Assembly: GCA_035761325.1 (NCBI GenBank)
Contig: DASTRG010000179.1
Span: 10,879 to 74,878 of the forward strand
Length of the DNA: 64,000 bases
Direction: 5' to 3'
Origin: Rhizomicrobium sp.
Lineage (GTDB): Bacteria > Pseudomonadota > Alphaproteobacteria > Micropepsales > Micropepsaceae
The position numbers and the translations under genes were made by a program. Shown here one piece after another: positions 55,571 through 64,000 of the stretch (positions are counted from its first letter, which is position 1; the number at the start of each line of letters is the position of its first letter). The notes under the pieces are model-generated. The model was not told the origin of the DNA, did no database searches, and worked only from the letters and a program-made list of their open reading frames with translations.

Positions 55571-56722
55571 CTAGGCACTGAGCTGCCTCCTCGCGGCGAG
55601 TGTGGCATCTATGAGCAGCTGATAGCGCGCCGCCATGTCGCTGGCGCGATAGACGCTGCGCACCCGCTTGCGATTTGCGCTGCCGATCCCGGCACGCAGT
55701 CCGGGGTCGGCGACCAGGGCGGCCAGTGCCTGACTCAGCGCCTCATCCCTGCGCGGTACGATAAATGGGCGATTCTCATCCGATACCATCTCCCGGACGT
55801 CGCCTACATCCAGTGATGCGACAGGCAGGCCCGCATCCATCGCCTCAAGAACAGCGAAAGGCATTTGCTCAGTATCGCTGGACAGCGCTAGGACGTCGGA
55901 CTGCATGACGATGCTGCGTGCATCACTGCGCCGGCCCAGAAGCCGAAGATGCGATAGAACGCCAAGCCGTTCAGCCTCGCGCATCACGGCATCCTGCTCG
56001 GGCCCGTCCCCCACCAGAATAAGCACCGCCTTGCCCGCCAGCGGAGCGAACGCCCGCAGCAGCCGCAGTGGGTTTTTTTCGCGTCGCAGTGCCCCTGTCC
56101 AGACAATGCGGCACAGATCGCGCGGAAATTCGAGCCCCAGTTTCTCGATGGGAATCCCACCACGGTCGCAAGGAATGATGCCGTTGGGAATATGGTGCAC
56201 CTTGCGGGCGGCTATTCCCCAGCTCCCGGTCGCGATATCCGACAGAACCCGGGACGGTACCGCGACACTGCTATGGCGCAGCGCCAGGCGGCGCGTCCAG
56301 ATACGGCGCTGAAACTGACGCGCGCTCTCCTCCGGCCCAAAGCCGTCCTCGTGATGAAGATGCGGCAAGCGCCCGCCGTTGGCGAGCGCCCACTCAATCG
56401 CACCCCAGTTATACGTCAGAAGAGCATCCGGCGCGATCGACTCCAGCATATTGCGGATCCGCAGAAGCCGCGAGGCAAGGCCCCTGCCGCCGGGCGACAC
56501 GGAAAGCGCGGTCACGGGCGCATCTCCGGGCAGGAGGGTTGCAGCACTCCAGCCACCGTCCAGCGAGACAATAGTATGGTCGAACAAGTGGCCCAGCCGC
56601 TTCACCAGCGTGGCGAAACGCACCTGCGATCCACCGATGTCAAAGCTGGGGAAGATGTGAAGCAACCGTGGCGGCCGACTGATAGGCGCGCAGTCCGGCT
56701 CGAAGAACGCTGTAGGCGGCAT
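55571..56722 (-). CDS. Glycosyltransferase family 4
   Basis: LHIFPSFDIGGSQ, HHEDG, GALRREKN, SDTEQMPFAVLEAM. Confidence 0.9.
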   Translation of the reverse strand: MPPTAFFEPDCAPISRPPRLLHIFPSFDIGGSQVRFATLVKRLGHLFDHTIVSLDGGWSAATLLPGDAPVTALSVSPGGRGLASRLLRIRNMLESIAPDALLTYNWGAIEWALANGGRLPHLHHEDGFGPEESARQFQRRIWTRRLALRHSSVAVPSRVLSDIATGSWGIAARKVHHIPNGIIPCDRGGIPIEKLGLEFPRDLCRIVWTGALRREKNPLRLLRAFAPLAGKAVLILVGDGPEQDAVMREAERLGVLSHLRLLGRRSDARSIVMQSDVLALSSDTEQMPFAVLEAMDAGLPVASLDVGDVREMVSDENRPFIVPRRDEALSQALAALVADPGLRAGIGSANRKRVRSVYRASDMAARYQLLIDATLAARRQLSA

Positions 56723-56724
56723 GA

Positions 56725-58134
56725 TTAACGCGCACCCTCCGCGAACAGGATTACACGCACCGTCCGCACAAGGATGGCGATGTCCAGAAACATGTCGTTG
56801 CTTTTGACGTAATAGAGGTCATAGGCCAACTTTTCGCGAGCATCGTCGACGGATGCGCCATAGGGATAGTTGACCTGGGCCCAACCCGTGATTCCGGGTT
56901 TCACCCGGTGTCGCAACTCATAATATGGAATCATTTCGCGCAACTGTTCCACGAAGAACGGTCGCTCCGGCCGAGGACCGATGAAACTCATGTCCCCGGC
57001 AAGTACATTGATGATCTGGGGAATTTCGTCGATGCGCACTTTTCGTATGAAACGCCCTACGCGGGTGACACGGCTGTCGCCGGCGCCGGCCCATTTGGGC
57101 ACCCCATCGCTCTCGGCATCTGCGCGCATGCTGCGGAATTTCCACACCCGGAAGATCCGCCCGTTCAAGCCCACACGCTCCTGGCGATAGAAGATCGGGC
57201 CGGGACTTTCCAACCGTATGGCCAGGATGGTGGCGAGGATGAGCGGCAGGAAAAGAACCAGGAATGCCAGGCTGACGGCGAAATCGGCTGCGCGTTTGAG
57301 TACCCGCTGAGGCTGGTTAAGCAGGAATCCGTCCGAAAAGGCAAACCAGTCCGGACCGGCGTGAAGGAAATCGACCTGGCCCGACTCCCTCTCCCAGAAG
57401 GTCATAAATCCGGTTACGGCGATACCATGCAGCTTGCACTCCAGCAGCTCATACATCGGCAGGGAACGGGCGTCCCTGGTGGCGACAACTATCTCATCCA
57501 CCCGTAGCGACCGTGCGACCGCCAGCAATGGCGTTTCGCTCTGCACATGCAGAGCCAGATTGCCGCTGGTGGCGATGGCCGCCGGGGCGGGGGGCGGAGC
57601 AACGGTGCGCACATGCCGCAGATGGGCCTGATCGGATCCCTCCAGGAAATTCGTCAGACGATCGGCGATCTCACCGCTTCCCAGAATCAGGATTCGCCGG
57701 CGCACAAAAGGCTTGCGCAGCAGCCAGATCATGGCCGCCCGCACCGTGAAAAGCAGCATCATGAAAATTGTAATGGCCAGCGTGAGGACGCCGACATACC
57801 AGCCGAACGGAAGACCGGCCAGAAACTTGGTCAATGCAAAGACCGTCACCGTCGGGATCAACAGCAATTGCCAAGCCAGAAGGAAGCGCTTGAGAAAAGG
57901 AGCAAAGCCCTTGAGCGTTTCCGCCGTATAAAGGCCGGACGACGCGGTCACCAACAGGAAGGCCGCTGTCAGCAAAAGCGCCCTGACCGGGTCCAGTCCC
58001 GCCACCGCGCCCACGTAACAGCCTCTGCAATGGTTGGTGAGCGAGAGAGTGTAAAGGACCGACAGGAACAGAGACGCATCCAGCCCGGCAAGCAGGACAA
58101 ACGGCAGGGCTATATAGCGTCCGAAAATCTTCAC
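56725..58134 (-). CDS. Priming undecaprenyl-phosphate glycosylphosphotransferase, XrtA/PEP-CTERM-system type
   Basis: N-terminal TMs, KRAADF, ESPGPIFYRQERVG, KFRSM, RIDEIPQIINVLAGDMSFIGPRPER, KPGITGWAQVNYPYGAS, KLAYDLYY. Confidence 0.93.
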   Translation of the reverse strand: MKIFGRYIALPFVLLAGLDASLFLSVLYTLSLTNHCRGCYVGAVAGLDPVRALLLTAAFLLVTASSGLYTAETLKGFAPFLKRFLLAWQLLLIPTVTVFALTKFLAGLPFGWYVGVLTLAITIFMMLLFTVRAAMIWLLRKPFVRRRILILGSGEIADRLTNFLEGSDQAHLRHVRTVAPPPAPAAIATSGNLALHVQSETPLLAVARSLRVDEIVVATRDARSLPMYELLECKLHGIAVTGFMTFWERESGQVDFLHAGPDWFAFSDGFLLNQPQRVLKRAADFAVSLAFLVLFLPLILATILAIRLESPGPIFYRQERVGLNGRIFRVWKFRSMRADAESDGVPKWAGAGDSRVTRVGRFIRKVRIDEIPQIINVLAGDMSFIGPRPERPFFVEQLREMIPYYELRHRVKPGITGWAQVNYPYGASVDDAREKLAYDLYYVKSNDMFLDIAILVRTVRVILFAEGAR

Positions 58135-58549
58135 TGCGACCGTCCGTGAGCCGGCCGATGCGCCACGACATCAGTTTGGCTGGCCCGGCCCGTGGACCGT
58201 AGAATTTCCGTAAACCAGCAGTCGACGCGACCCCACTAATTGGTAGCGGGCAACTGACCGCTTCCACCTTAACGGTTACACATGCACGATCCGTACACCG
58301 AATTATTTGAATCAAACCGTACGCAACATCATTAACGACCCAACGCGGGAGCCCGAAAATAACCAAGTTTAACGAGACGGCAGCGCAGGTTGGGCTGTCC
58401 GTGCCAGGTCTGGCAAATGAATATTTTCGGACGACAAAATTATCGTCTGGAACAAACCACTTTGTCTCAACCCGAACAGATTTGAGGCCAACATGGTGTT
58501 AATTGTACGTTAAGGATTTTGATCCGCTCACGATAGAAGGCGGGCTGGG

Positions 58550-59371
58550 GTGACAATGAAGACGGCAGATTTCAGCGGGCCATATTCCGCACAGCGACTT
58601 CCCATTACCTCCGGAAATCGGATGCTCCAGGCCCTCCCGCCCGCCATCCTTTCCCAGCTCATTCCCTATATGGAGCGGATCGAGTTGCGGCGCGACGAAG
58701 TGCTGGCGGAAGCGCATAGCACGATGTCAAGGGTTCACTTCATCGAGAACGGTCTGACGCTTTTCACCAAGATGATGAGCGACGGACGCAGCACGATGAT
58801 AGCTTCCGTCGGCCGTGAAGGCATGACGATGCCCAACATTCTCGGCGGCGCGCACCGAACCGGCGTAGAATGTGTCGTGCTGATTCCGGGGACGGCACTC
58901 AGCATCGACCGCTCGGTCCTGTTCGGGCTGGCGCTGAAGTCGCCGCAGCTTGGCCAGATGCTCCAGCAATACAGCCTGTTCATGAACGAACAGATCACGC
59001 AGATCTCCGCCTGCAACCGCCTCCACTCGCTGGAACAGCGATATGCCCGCCTTCTGCTTACAGTGCACCAGAATGCTGAAGGCCGGCCTTTCACGCTGAC
59101 GCAGGAAATGATGGCCATCACGCTGGGTGCGCAGCGTCCGCACATTTCCGTGGTCGCCACCCAGTTTCGAAAGAAAAATCTGATTGAGTATCGCCATGGC
59201 CAGATGCAGGTGATCAACCCTGAACGGTTGCGCCTGGCGTCGTGCGAGTGTCACGACATACTCAAGGACGGCGCCGAGGAAATGTACCTGCCGGTACCAA
59301 ACGGTGTCCTTTCCGGCCATCTGTTTCACGAGGGCGTGATCTGCGAATCAGGCTGCGCCCGGCCGCGCTGA
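58550..59371 (+). CDS. Crp/Fnr-family transcriptional regulator
   Basis: NRMLQALP, SVGREG, ACNRLHSLEQRYARLLL, LTQE...LG..R HTH. Alternative start ATG 58556. Confidence 0.9.
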   Translation: MTMKTADFSGPYSAQRLPITSGNRMLQALPPAILSQLIPYMERIELRRDEVLAEAHSTMSRVHFIENGLTLFTKMMSDGRSTMIASVGREGMTMPNILGGAHRTGVECVVLIPGTALSIDRSVLFGLALKSPQLGQMLQQYSLFMNEQITQISACNRLHSLEQRYARLLLTVHQNAEGRPFTLTQEMMAITLGAQRPHISVVATQFRKKNLIEYRHGQMQVINPERLRLASCECHDILKDGAEEMYLPVPNGVLSGHLFHEGVICESGCARPR

Positions 59372-59513
59372 TCGGACAGCGATCATTCTTATTTGCTACG
59401 TTGTCCAATCCAGGACGGATTCCAGCGCCCGGGCATGCCAAACTTTTTGTACAGAACGATCGTGCGCGAAATTGCACGGCACAATGGGAATGGGTTAGGG
59501 GCTGCGTAAAGGC

Positions 59514-60125
59514 ATGCAATATGGAATCCCGATACTAAACGACGTCGCCAAAAACTGGCTGGAACAGGTATCAATCTCCCTGTTCCTTGTGTCCGACGAT
59601 CTGCGGGTGATCTGGGTTAACGCCAGCGGACGCAGCATGATGAAGCAGCTGGGGCTCAGGCAGGATTCGTTCGGCGTAGTCCGGGGCAACACACGCGAAA
59701 AAGAACTGGCGGTACAGAATGCCAGGCGCCTGCTGCAGCACGCCGTCGCCGATCGCGCAAACTGGAAGAACGGCACCACCACGCTTAGCATGGCGGACTA
59801 CCCCAATGGGCAGGTTCAGCTCTACGCGCTCTCCATCAACGGGATATCGCTGATCGGCTGCGCCGTTACCACGGCGGGCAGCGAGGCAAAGGACATCTCT
59901 GCGATGTTGACCGAGTATGGCCTGACGTCAACCGAGAAAAAGGTCGTCGGCATGCTGACACGCGGTGCAACCGCCAGCGAGATCGCTCGCACCAACGGCA
60001 GCTCGCTGCTGACCATTCGCACGCACATCAAGCGCATCTATGCAAAAATGGGCGTGCATTCCCGCGAAAAAATGTTCGCGCGGCTTAGCACCACCCCGAG
60101 CGGTCCCAGCTTGGGCAGTCCGTGA
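59514..60125 (+). CDS. LuxR-type HTH regulator with PAS-like N-terminal region
   Basis: YGLTSTEKKV..ML..GAT..EIA......TIRTHIKRIYAKMGV C-terminal HTH. Confidence 0.85.
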   Translation: MQYGIPILNDVAKNWLEQVSISLFLVSDDLRVIWVNASGRSMMKQLGLRQDSFGVVRGNTREKELAVQNARRLLQHAVADRANWKNGTTTLSMADYPNGQVQLYALSINGISLIGCAVTTAGSEAKDISAMLTEYGLTSTEKKVVGMLTRGATASEIARTNGSSLLTIRTHIKRIYAKMGVHSREKMFARLSTTPSGPSLGSP

Positions 60126-60171
60126 GCCCCCGGCCCGGGGTTGCGGGGCCAGTACAGGATGAAATGATTAC

Positions 60172-61416
60172 GTGACAACTCGAGTCCTGGTCTTTTCAAC
60201 CCTCTATCCCAACGCCGAGCAACCCAACCACGGCATTTTTGTCGAGAACCGGCTCCGGCATACCCTGGCGCTGGGCGGGCTCACGGCCGCTGTGCTTGCG
60301 CCGCGGCCATGGTTCTTTTCCGCTCACCACCGTTTCGGCCGCTATGCAACCTTCGCCCGTATTCCGGTGCGAGAAACACGCCACGGTCTTGAGGTCCATC
60401 ACCCGTCCTATTTCGTCCTGCCGCACCTCAGCGCATTGACACCGTGGTTTCTTTATCGGGCGGCTCTTGGCGCGATGGAACGGCTGGCAAGCGCCGGACA
60501 ATCGTTCGACGTGATCGATGCCCACTACTTCTATCCCGATGGCGTTGCCGCAGGGCTGCTGGGACATGCCTTGGGCCTGCCCGTAGTGATTACCGGCCGG
60601 GGCACCGATCTGACCCTGATCCCGAGCGCCGCCCTGGCGCGGCGACAGATCCGGTGGGCCGCCGGCCAAGCCAATGCGATGATCACTGTCTGCGAGGATT
60701 TGCGCCAGCGGCTGCTGCTGCTGGGCGCGGCCGCGGATCGGACCATCGTCCTGCGCAATGGAGTGGATCTTGACCGCTTCACACCCACGCCGGTCGCTCC
60801 CCGCCGCAGTGATCGCTTCTCGCTGCTGTCGGTGGGCAGCCTTATTCCCCGCAAGGGCCACGAGCTGACGATTGGCGCCCTGCCCGGCCTGCCCGATTGC
60901 GATCTGACCATTGCCGGCAGCGGCCCGCTGCGCGCCGAGCTGGAAGCGCTGGCCCAACGCCTAGGCGTAGCGGCGCGCGTGCGGTTCCTTGGCGAAGTTC
61001 CCCATGCCGAATTGCCGAATCTGTACCGGGCCGCTGACATGCTGGTGCTGGCCTCCGAGCGCGAAGGCTGGGCCAACGTACTGCTTGAGGCAATGGCGTG
61101 CGGCACGCCGGTGGTGGCAACCAACGTCAATGGCAGTGCCGAAGCCGTCTGTTCGCCGGCTGCCGGTTTGCTGGCCCAAGAGCGAAGTGTTGCCGGCATC
61201 CGTGACGCGATATTGGCTCTCAGGCAGACCATGCCTTCCCGCCAGGACACGCGCCGCCATGCCTGCCGGTTCAGCTGGCAGCAAACCGCCCGCGCCAACC
61301 GAGAACTGCTGATTGCCGCCGCGGCTGCGGGCCGCGCCGGTCGCGCCAGCCCCGTGGCTGCCCAGGCGGCCCGCGCGAGCCTTGCGGAATCAGGTCTGGT
61401 GCCCACACCCGTCTGA
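60172..61416 (+). CDS. Glycosyltransferase family 4 (TuaC/WlbH-like)
   Basis: VFSTLYPN, IDAHYFYPDG, GRGTD, SVGSLIPRKG, REGWANVLLEAMACG. Confidence 0.92.
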   Translation: MTTRVLVFSTLYPNAEQPNHGIFVENRLRHTLALGGLTAAVLAPRPWFFSAHHRFGRYATFARIPVRETRHGLEVHHPSYFVLPHLSALTPWFLYRAALGAMERLASAGQSFDVIDAHYFYPDGVAAGLLGHALGLPVVITGRGTDLTLIPSAALARRQIRWAAGQANAMITVCEDLRQRLLLLGAAADRTIVLRNGVDLDRFTPTPVAPRRSDRFSLLSVGSLIPRKGHELTIGALPGLPDCDLTIAGSGPLRAELEALAQRLGVAARVRFLGEVPHAELPNLYRAADMLVLASEREGWANVLLEAMACGTPVVATNVNGSAEAVCSPAAGLLAQERSVAGIRDAILALRQTMPSRQDTRRHACRFSWQQTARANRELLIAAAAAGRAGRASPVAAQAARASLAESGLVPTPV

Positions 61417-61535
61417 CACAGGCGGCCATCCACAGGGCTTTCCGGCGGCGATTTCCATCTGCTCTGTCGCTCTGCTAACCTCGTGTTAACCAAATAAGCC
61501 CCAGAAAGGCCGAGCTTTTCGTGGAAAGCGCGGCC

Positions 61536-61745
61536 ATGGCACAAATATCGCCCATTATAGCCGGCAAGGGCCCGTACCTCGTGGAGTCCCGCGAAGACAA
61601 TCAGCGGACGGATTTATCCGATCCCGACACCGATATCAGCCAGCAGCTCGACGCGCCCCTGTCGCTGCGGGTCAGTCTGCTGATATGGCTGGTTCTGACC
61701 GGGCTGGGGTGGCTGGCGCTTGGCCTTTTGTTGCGCTGGATTTGA
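61536..61745 (+). CDS. Small hypothetical protein with C-terminal TM helix
   Basis: Acidic N-terminal part then LSLRVSLLIWLVLTGLGWLALGLLLRWI. Overlaps the low-complexity tail of the convergent amidotransferase. Confidence 0.45.
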   Translation: MAQISPIIAGKGPYLVESREDNQRTDLSDPDTDISQQLDAPLSLRVSLLIWLVLTGLGWLALGLLLRWI

Positions 61746-63642
61746 CCGTGGAGTCCTTCGGCGCGTGACAGCGCAGGAACGCGTCGAATGACCAGGCAAG
61801 CCACAATGCCTTGGAATTGTCCCGTGCGCCGCGCACATGCGCCGCTGCCATGGCCGCGACCCTGTCGGTATCAACGATTCCGCTTTCCCGCAGCCAGGGA
61901 CTGTCTGCCAAGGCCAGGATGTCGGCACGCAAGGCACGACGAAACCAGTCTGCCAGCGGCACGGTAAAACCCTGCTTGGGCCGGTATAGAAGGTCGTGCG
62001 GCAGATAAGGCTCCAAGGCGTGCTTCAGGATCGCCTTGCCTTCGGCGCCGGCAATTTTCGCTTCCGGGGGCTGGGCAAAGGACCAGGCAAAAAGGTCTTG
62101 ATCCAGCATCGGCGCCCGCAGCTCCAGCGAGTTGGCCATGCTGGCACGGTCCACCTTCACCAGAATGTCCCCTGGCAGATAGGTCATCACGTCCGCATAT
62201 TGCGCCCGCTGCAAGGTATCGAGCGGCGCTGCTACATTGAAGTGGTCCCGCACCACGTCGGCGGATTCATATCCGCCAAGACTCCTGCGGAAGTCCGGTG
62301 TCAGCAGCGTCCGGCGAACCTCATTGGGCAGCGCACAGACCATCCGTGCATAGGCATCGGCGGGATCGAGCGACCATTCCGTCAGTGTCGACCTTGCCCG
62401 CAGCGGGCGCGGAAGCCAGGCCGGCTGCGGAAAATGCCGCGCCAGGGCCGCCAGAGCCGGGCGTGTTCGCCCAGGAATCCAGCGTCGCGCCCGCTCCGCA
62501 ATCAAATGGAAGCGGTAGCGGCGATAGCCGGCCAGTGCCTCGTCACCGCCATCGCCCGTCAACGCCACTGTCACATGCCGCCGTGCCAGGGCACAAACTG
62601 CAAAGGTGGGAATGGCGGACACGTCCCCGAACGGCTCGTCATAAATTTCCGGCAGCCGCGGCAAGAGGCTGAAATCATCGGCCGCCACCGTCTGGGTGAA
62701 ATGCCGGGTTTGGTAATCCTCCGAAACCGCCCGGGCGTAAGCGCTTTCATCGAAAGTCCTTTCCCCAAAACCGATCGAAAATGTGTCGAGATGCGAGGGC
62801 GCAAATCCCGCCATCAGCGCGACCACTGCGCTGGAGTCCACTCCGCCCGACAGCAGAGCGCCCAGAGGCACATCGGAAATCAGCCGCCGCCCCACCGCCC
62901 TCGTCAGGCGCTCCAGCAGCGCCTCTGCCGCGTCCTCTTGCTTCTGGTCCACACCCAGCGTGTCCAGCAAATTCCAATAACGCCCCGTCCGCGGCGGCGA
63001 TCCGCGTTGTGCGATCAGGTAGTGCGCCGGCGGGAGCTTACGTGCGGCCAGATAAATCGTCTTCGGATCGGGCACATAGCCATAGGTGAAAAAATCGGAG
63101 ACTGCCTGCCCGTCCAGCGTCCGGTCGAAGCCGGGATGACACAAGAGCGCCTTCAGTTCCGATGCGAAGGCCAGAGTACCATCGGCAAGATGTGCATAAT
63201 ACATCGGTTTCTTGCCCAATGGATCGCGGGCCAGCACCAGCGTTTCGTCCCGCGCGTCCCATAGCGCAAAGGCGAACATGCCCCGAAGGCGCGCCAGCAT
63301 GGCCAGTTCCCACTGCCGCCAGCCATGCAGCAGCACTTCTGTGTCGCTGTTGGTGACAAATCGCGCGCCTTGGGCCTGAAGCTCGGCACGCAGCTCCGGA
63401 AAATTATATATCTCGCCGTTGAACACCACCGTCAGCCTGCCGTCCGGCGTTTGCATCGGCTGGGCACCGCCGGCCAGATCGATGATCGACAGCCTGCGAT
63501 GGCCCAGTACCACCCCCGCCCCGCTATAAAGCCCCGAGCCGTCGGGCCCGCGATGGGCCAGCGAATTGGTCATGGCCGCGACCAGACCCTCGGGAAGGGA
63601 TCTGCGTCCGGCGCAATCGAACAGTCCCGCTAACCCGCACAC
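61672..63642 (-). CDS. asnB: Asparagine synthase-like glutamine amidotransferase (exosortase system type)
   Basis: GTG start gives an N-terminal Cys (MCGLAG). HRGPDG, GHRRLSIID, FNGEIYNF, SDTEV, LSGGVDSS, EPFGDVS, GDGGDE, KVDRASMANSLELRAP. Confidence 0.92.
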   Translation of the reverse strand: MCGLAGLFDCAGRRSLPEGLVAAMTNSLAHRGPDGSGLYSGAGVVLGHRRLSIIDLAGGAQPMQTPDGRLTVVFNGEIYNFPELRAELQAQGARFVTNSDTEVLLHGWRQWELAMLARLRGMFAFALWDARDETLVLARDPLGKKPMYYAHLADGTLAFASELKALLCHPGFDRTLDGQAVSDFFTYGYVPDPKTIYLAARKLPPAHYLIAQRGSPPRTGRYWNLLDTLGVDQKQEDAAEALLERLTRAVGRRLISDVPLGALLSGGVDSSAVVALMAGFAPSHLDTFSIGFGERTFDESAYARAVSEDYQTRHFTQTVAADDFSLLPRLPEIYDEPFGDVSAIPTFAVCALARRHVTVALTGDGGDEALAGYRRYRFHLIAERARRWIPGRTRPALAALARHFPQPAWLPRPLRARSTLTEWSLDPADAYARMVCALPNEVRRTLLTPDFRRSLGGYESADVVRDHFNVAAPLDTLQRAQYADVMTYLPGDILVKVDRASMANSLELRAPMLDQDLFAWSFAQPPEAKIAGAEGKAILKHALEPYLPHDLLYRPKQGFTVPLADWFRRALRADILALADSPWLRESGIVDTDRVAAMAAAHVRGARDNSKALWLAWSFDAFLRCHAPKDSTVKSSATKGQAPATPARSEPAISAD

Positions 63643-63722
63643 GGCAATACCCGTTTGTGGGCATGGGCGCCGCGCGGGCATGACGGGATAATGCCGCCGA
63701 ACCGCAATACGAGCTGCCTGGC

Positions 63723-64000
63723 ATGGCCAAAATTCTTTTTCTCGCCCACCGCGTACCCTTTCCGCCGAACAAGGGCGACAAGATCCGTGCCTACAATATT
63801 CTGGAACATTTGTCGGCGCAGCATGACATCTGGCTGGGCGCTACCGCGGACGATCCGGCCGATATGGCTCATCTGTCCTGGGCGCGACAGCATTATCGCG
63901 ATGCTTATTTCGGCGCGCCCGGCCGATTGACGATGGCTGCGAACATGGCGCTGGCGGCCCTGACCGGCAGACCCGCCAGCGTGGGCCGATTCCGCAATTC
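63723..64000 (+). CDS. GT4 sugar transferase, PEP-CTERM/EpsH1-system type, truncated by the window edge
   Basis: ATG 63723 gives MAKILFLAHRVPFPPNKGDKIRAYNILEHL, the characteristic N-terminus of this family. Not in the ORF track. Confidence 0.88.
   Translation, partial: MAKILFLAHRVPFPPNKGDKIRAYNILEHLSAQHDIWLGATADDPADMAHLSWARQHYRDAYFGAPGRLTMAANMALAALTGRPASVGRFRN

Noticed and set aside
58306-58316. TTTGA-A-TCAAA as an FNR/FixK box
   Set aside because: The spacing does not fit TTGAT-N4-ATCAA. Kept only as part of the low-interest shared 9-mer finding.
61537-61551. TGGCAC-N5-TCGC resembling a sigma54 -24/-12 promoter
   Set aside because: It coincides with the first codons of the small ORF, mismatches the TTGC box, and has no suitable downstream gene.
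1-64000. CRISPR arrays, tRNA/rRNA genes, transposases, integrases, prophage genes
   Set aside because: No regularly spaced repeats, RNA-gene signatures or mobile-element motifs were seen by eye. A tool-based scan would be needed to exclude small RNAs.
18406-64000. An exosortase gene or PEP-CTERM target protein within the window
   Set aside because: No ORF shows exosortase motifs or a C-terminal PEP-TM-basic tail. Only accessory families are present.

Overview
GC-rich alphaproteobacterial-looking chromosomal window with no rRNA, tRNA, CRISPR array or IS element recognised. From 1 to 4.5 kb: a cobalamin-riboswitch-controlled btuB-btuF-btuC-btuD uptake operon. From 4.7 to 13.7 kb: a 1-Cys peroxiredoxin, then a minus-strand run of mostly exported proteins (CHRD protein, cytochrome c/PQQ dehydrogenase, lactonase, beta-propeller, MFS carboxylate transporter, orphan ModA-like protein, Tat amidohydrolase). 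From 13.8 to 18.3 kb: a cupin and a CheB-CheR-PAS-HWE fusion that appears to lack its phospho-accepting His. From 18.4 to 64 kb: a roughly 45 kb surface-glycan locus with exosortase A/PEP-CTERM-type accessory genes, Wzm/Wzt export, many GT2/GT4 enzymes and embedded Crp and LuxR regulators. The most notable content is the glycan-tailoring machinery: (i) an FkbH-ACP-MBOAT-SGNH-like cassette suggesting a Dlt-like glyceryl transfer pathway, preceded by an alpha-hydroxy acid oxidase; (ii) a single NRPS-like A-T-acyltransferase-3 polypeptide; (iii) a polyprenyl-phospho-pentose module (HAD-UbiA, SMR flippase, three GT-C-type proteins); and (iv) a consecutive set of degenerate paralogues (altered PIG-L, internally deleted mini-paralogue of a secreted protein, motif-less HAD-UbiA). 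All family assignments come from motif recognition by eye, with no database searches. Start codons were re-picked from RBS and overlap evidence where the ORF track start looked too far upstream.
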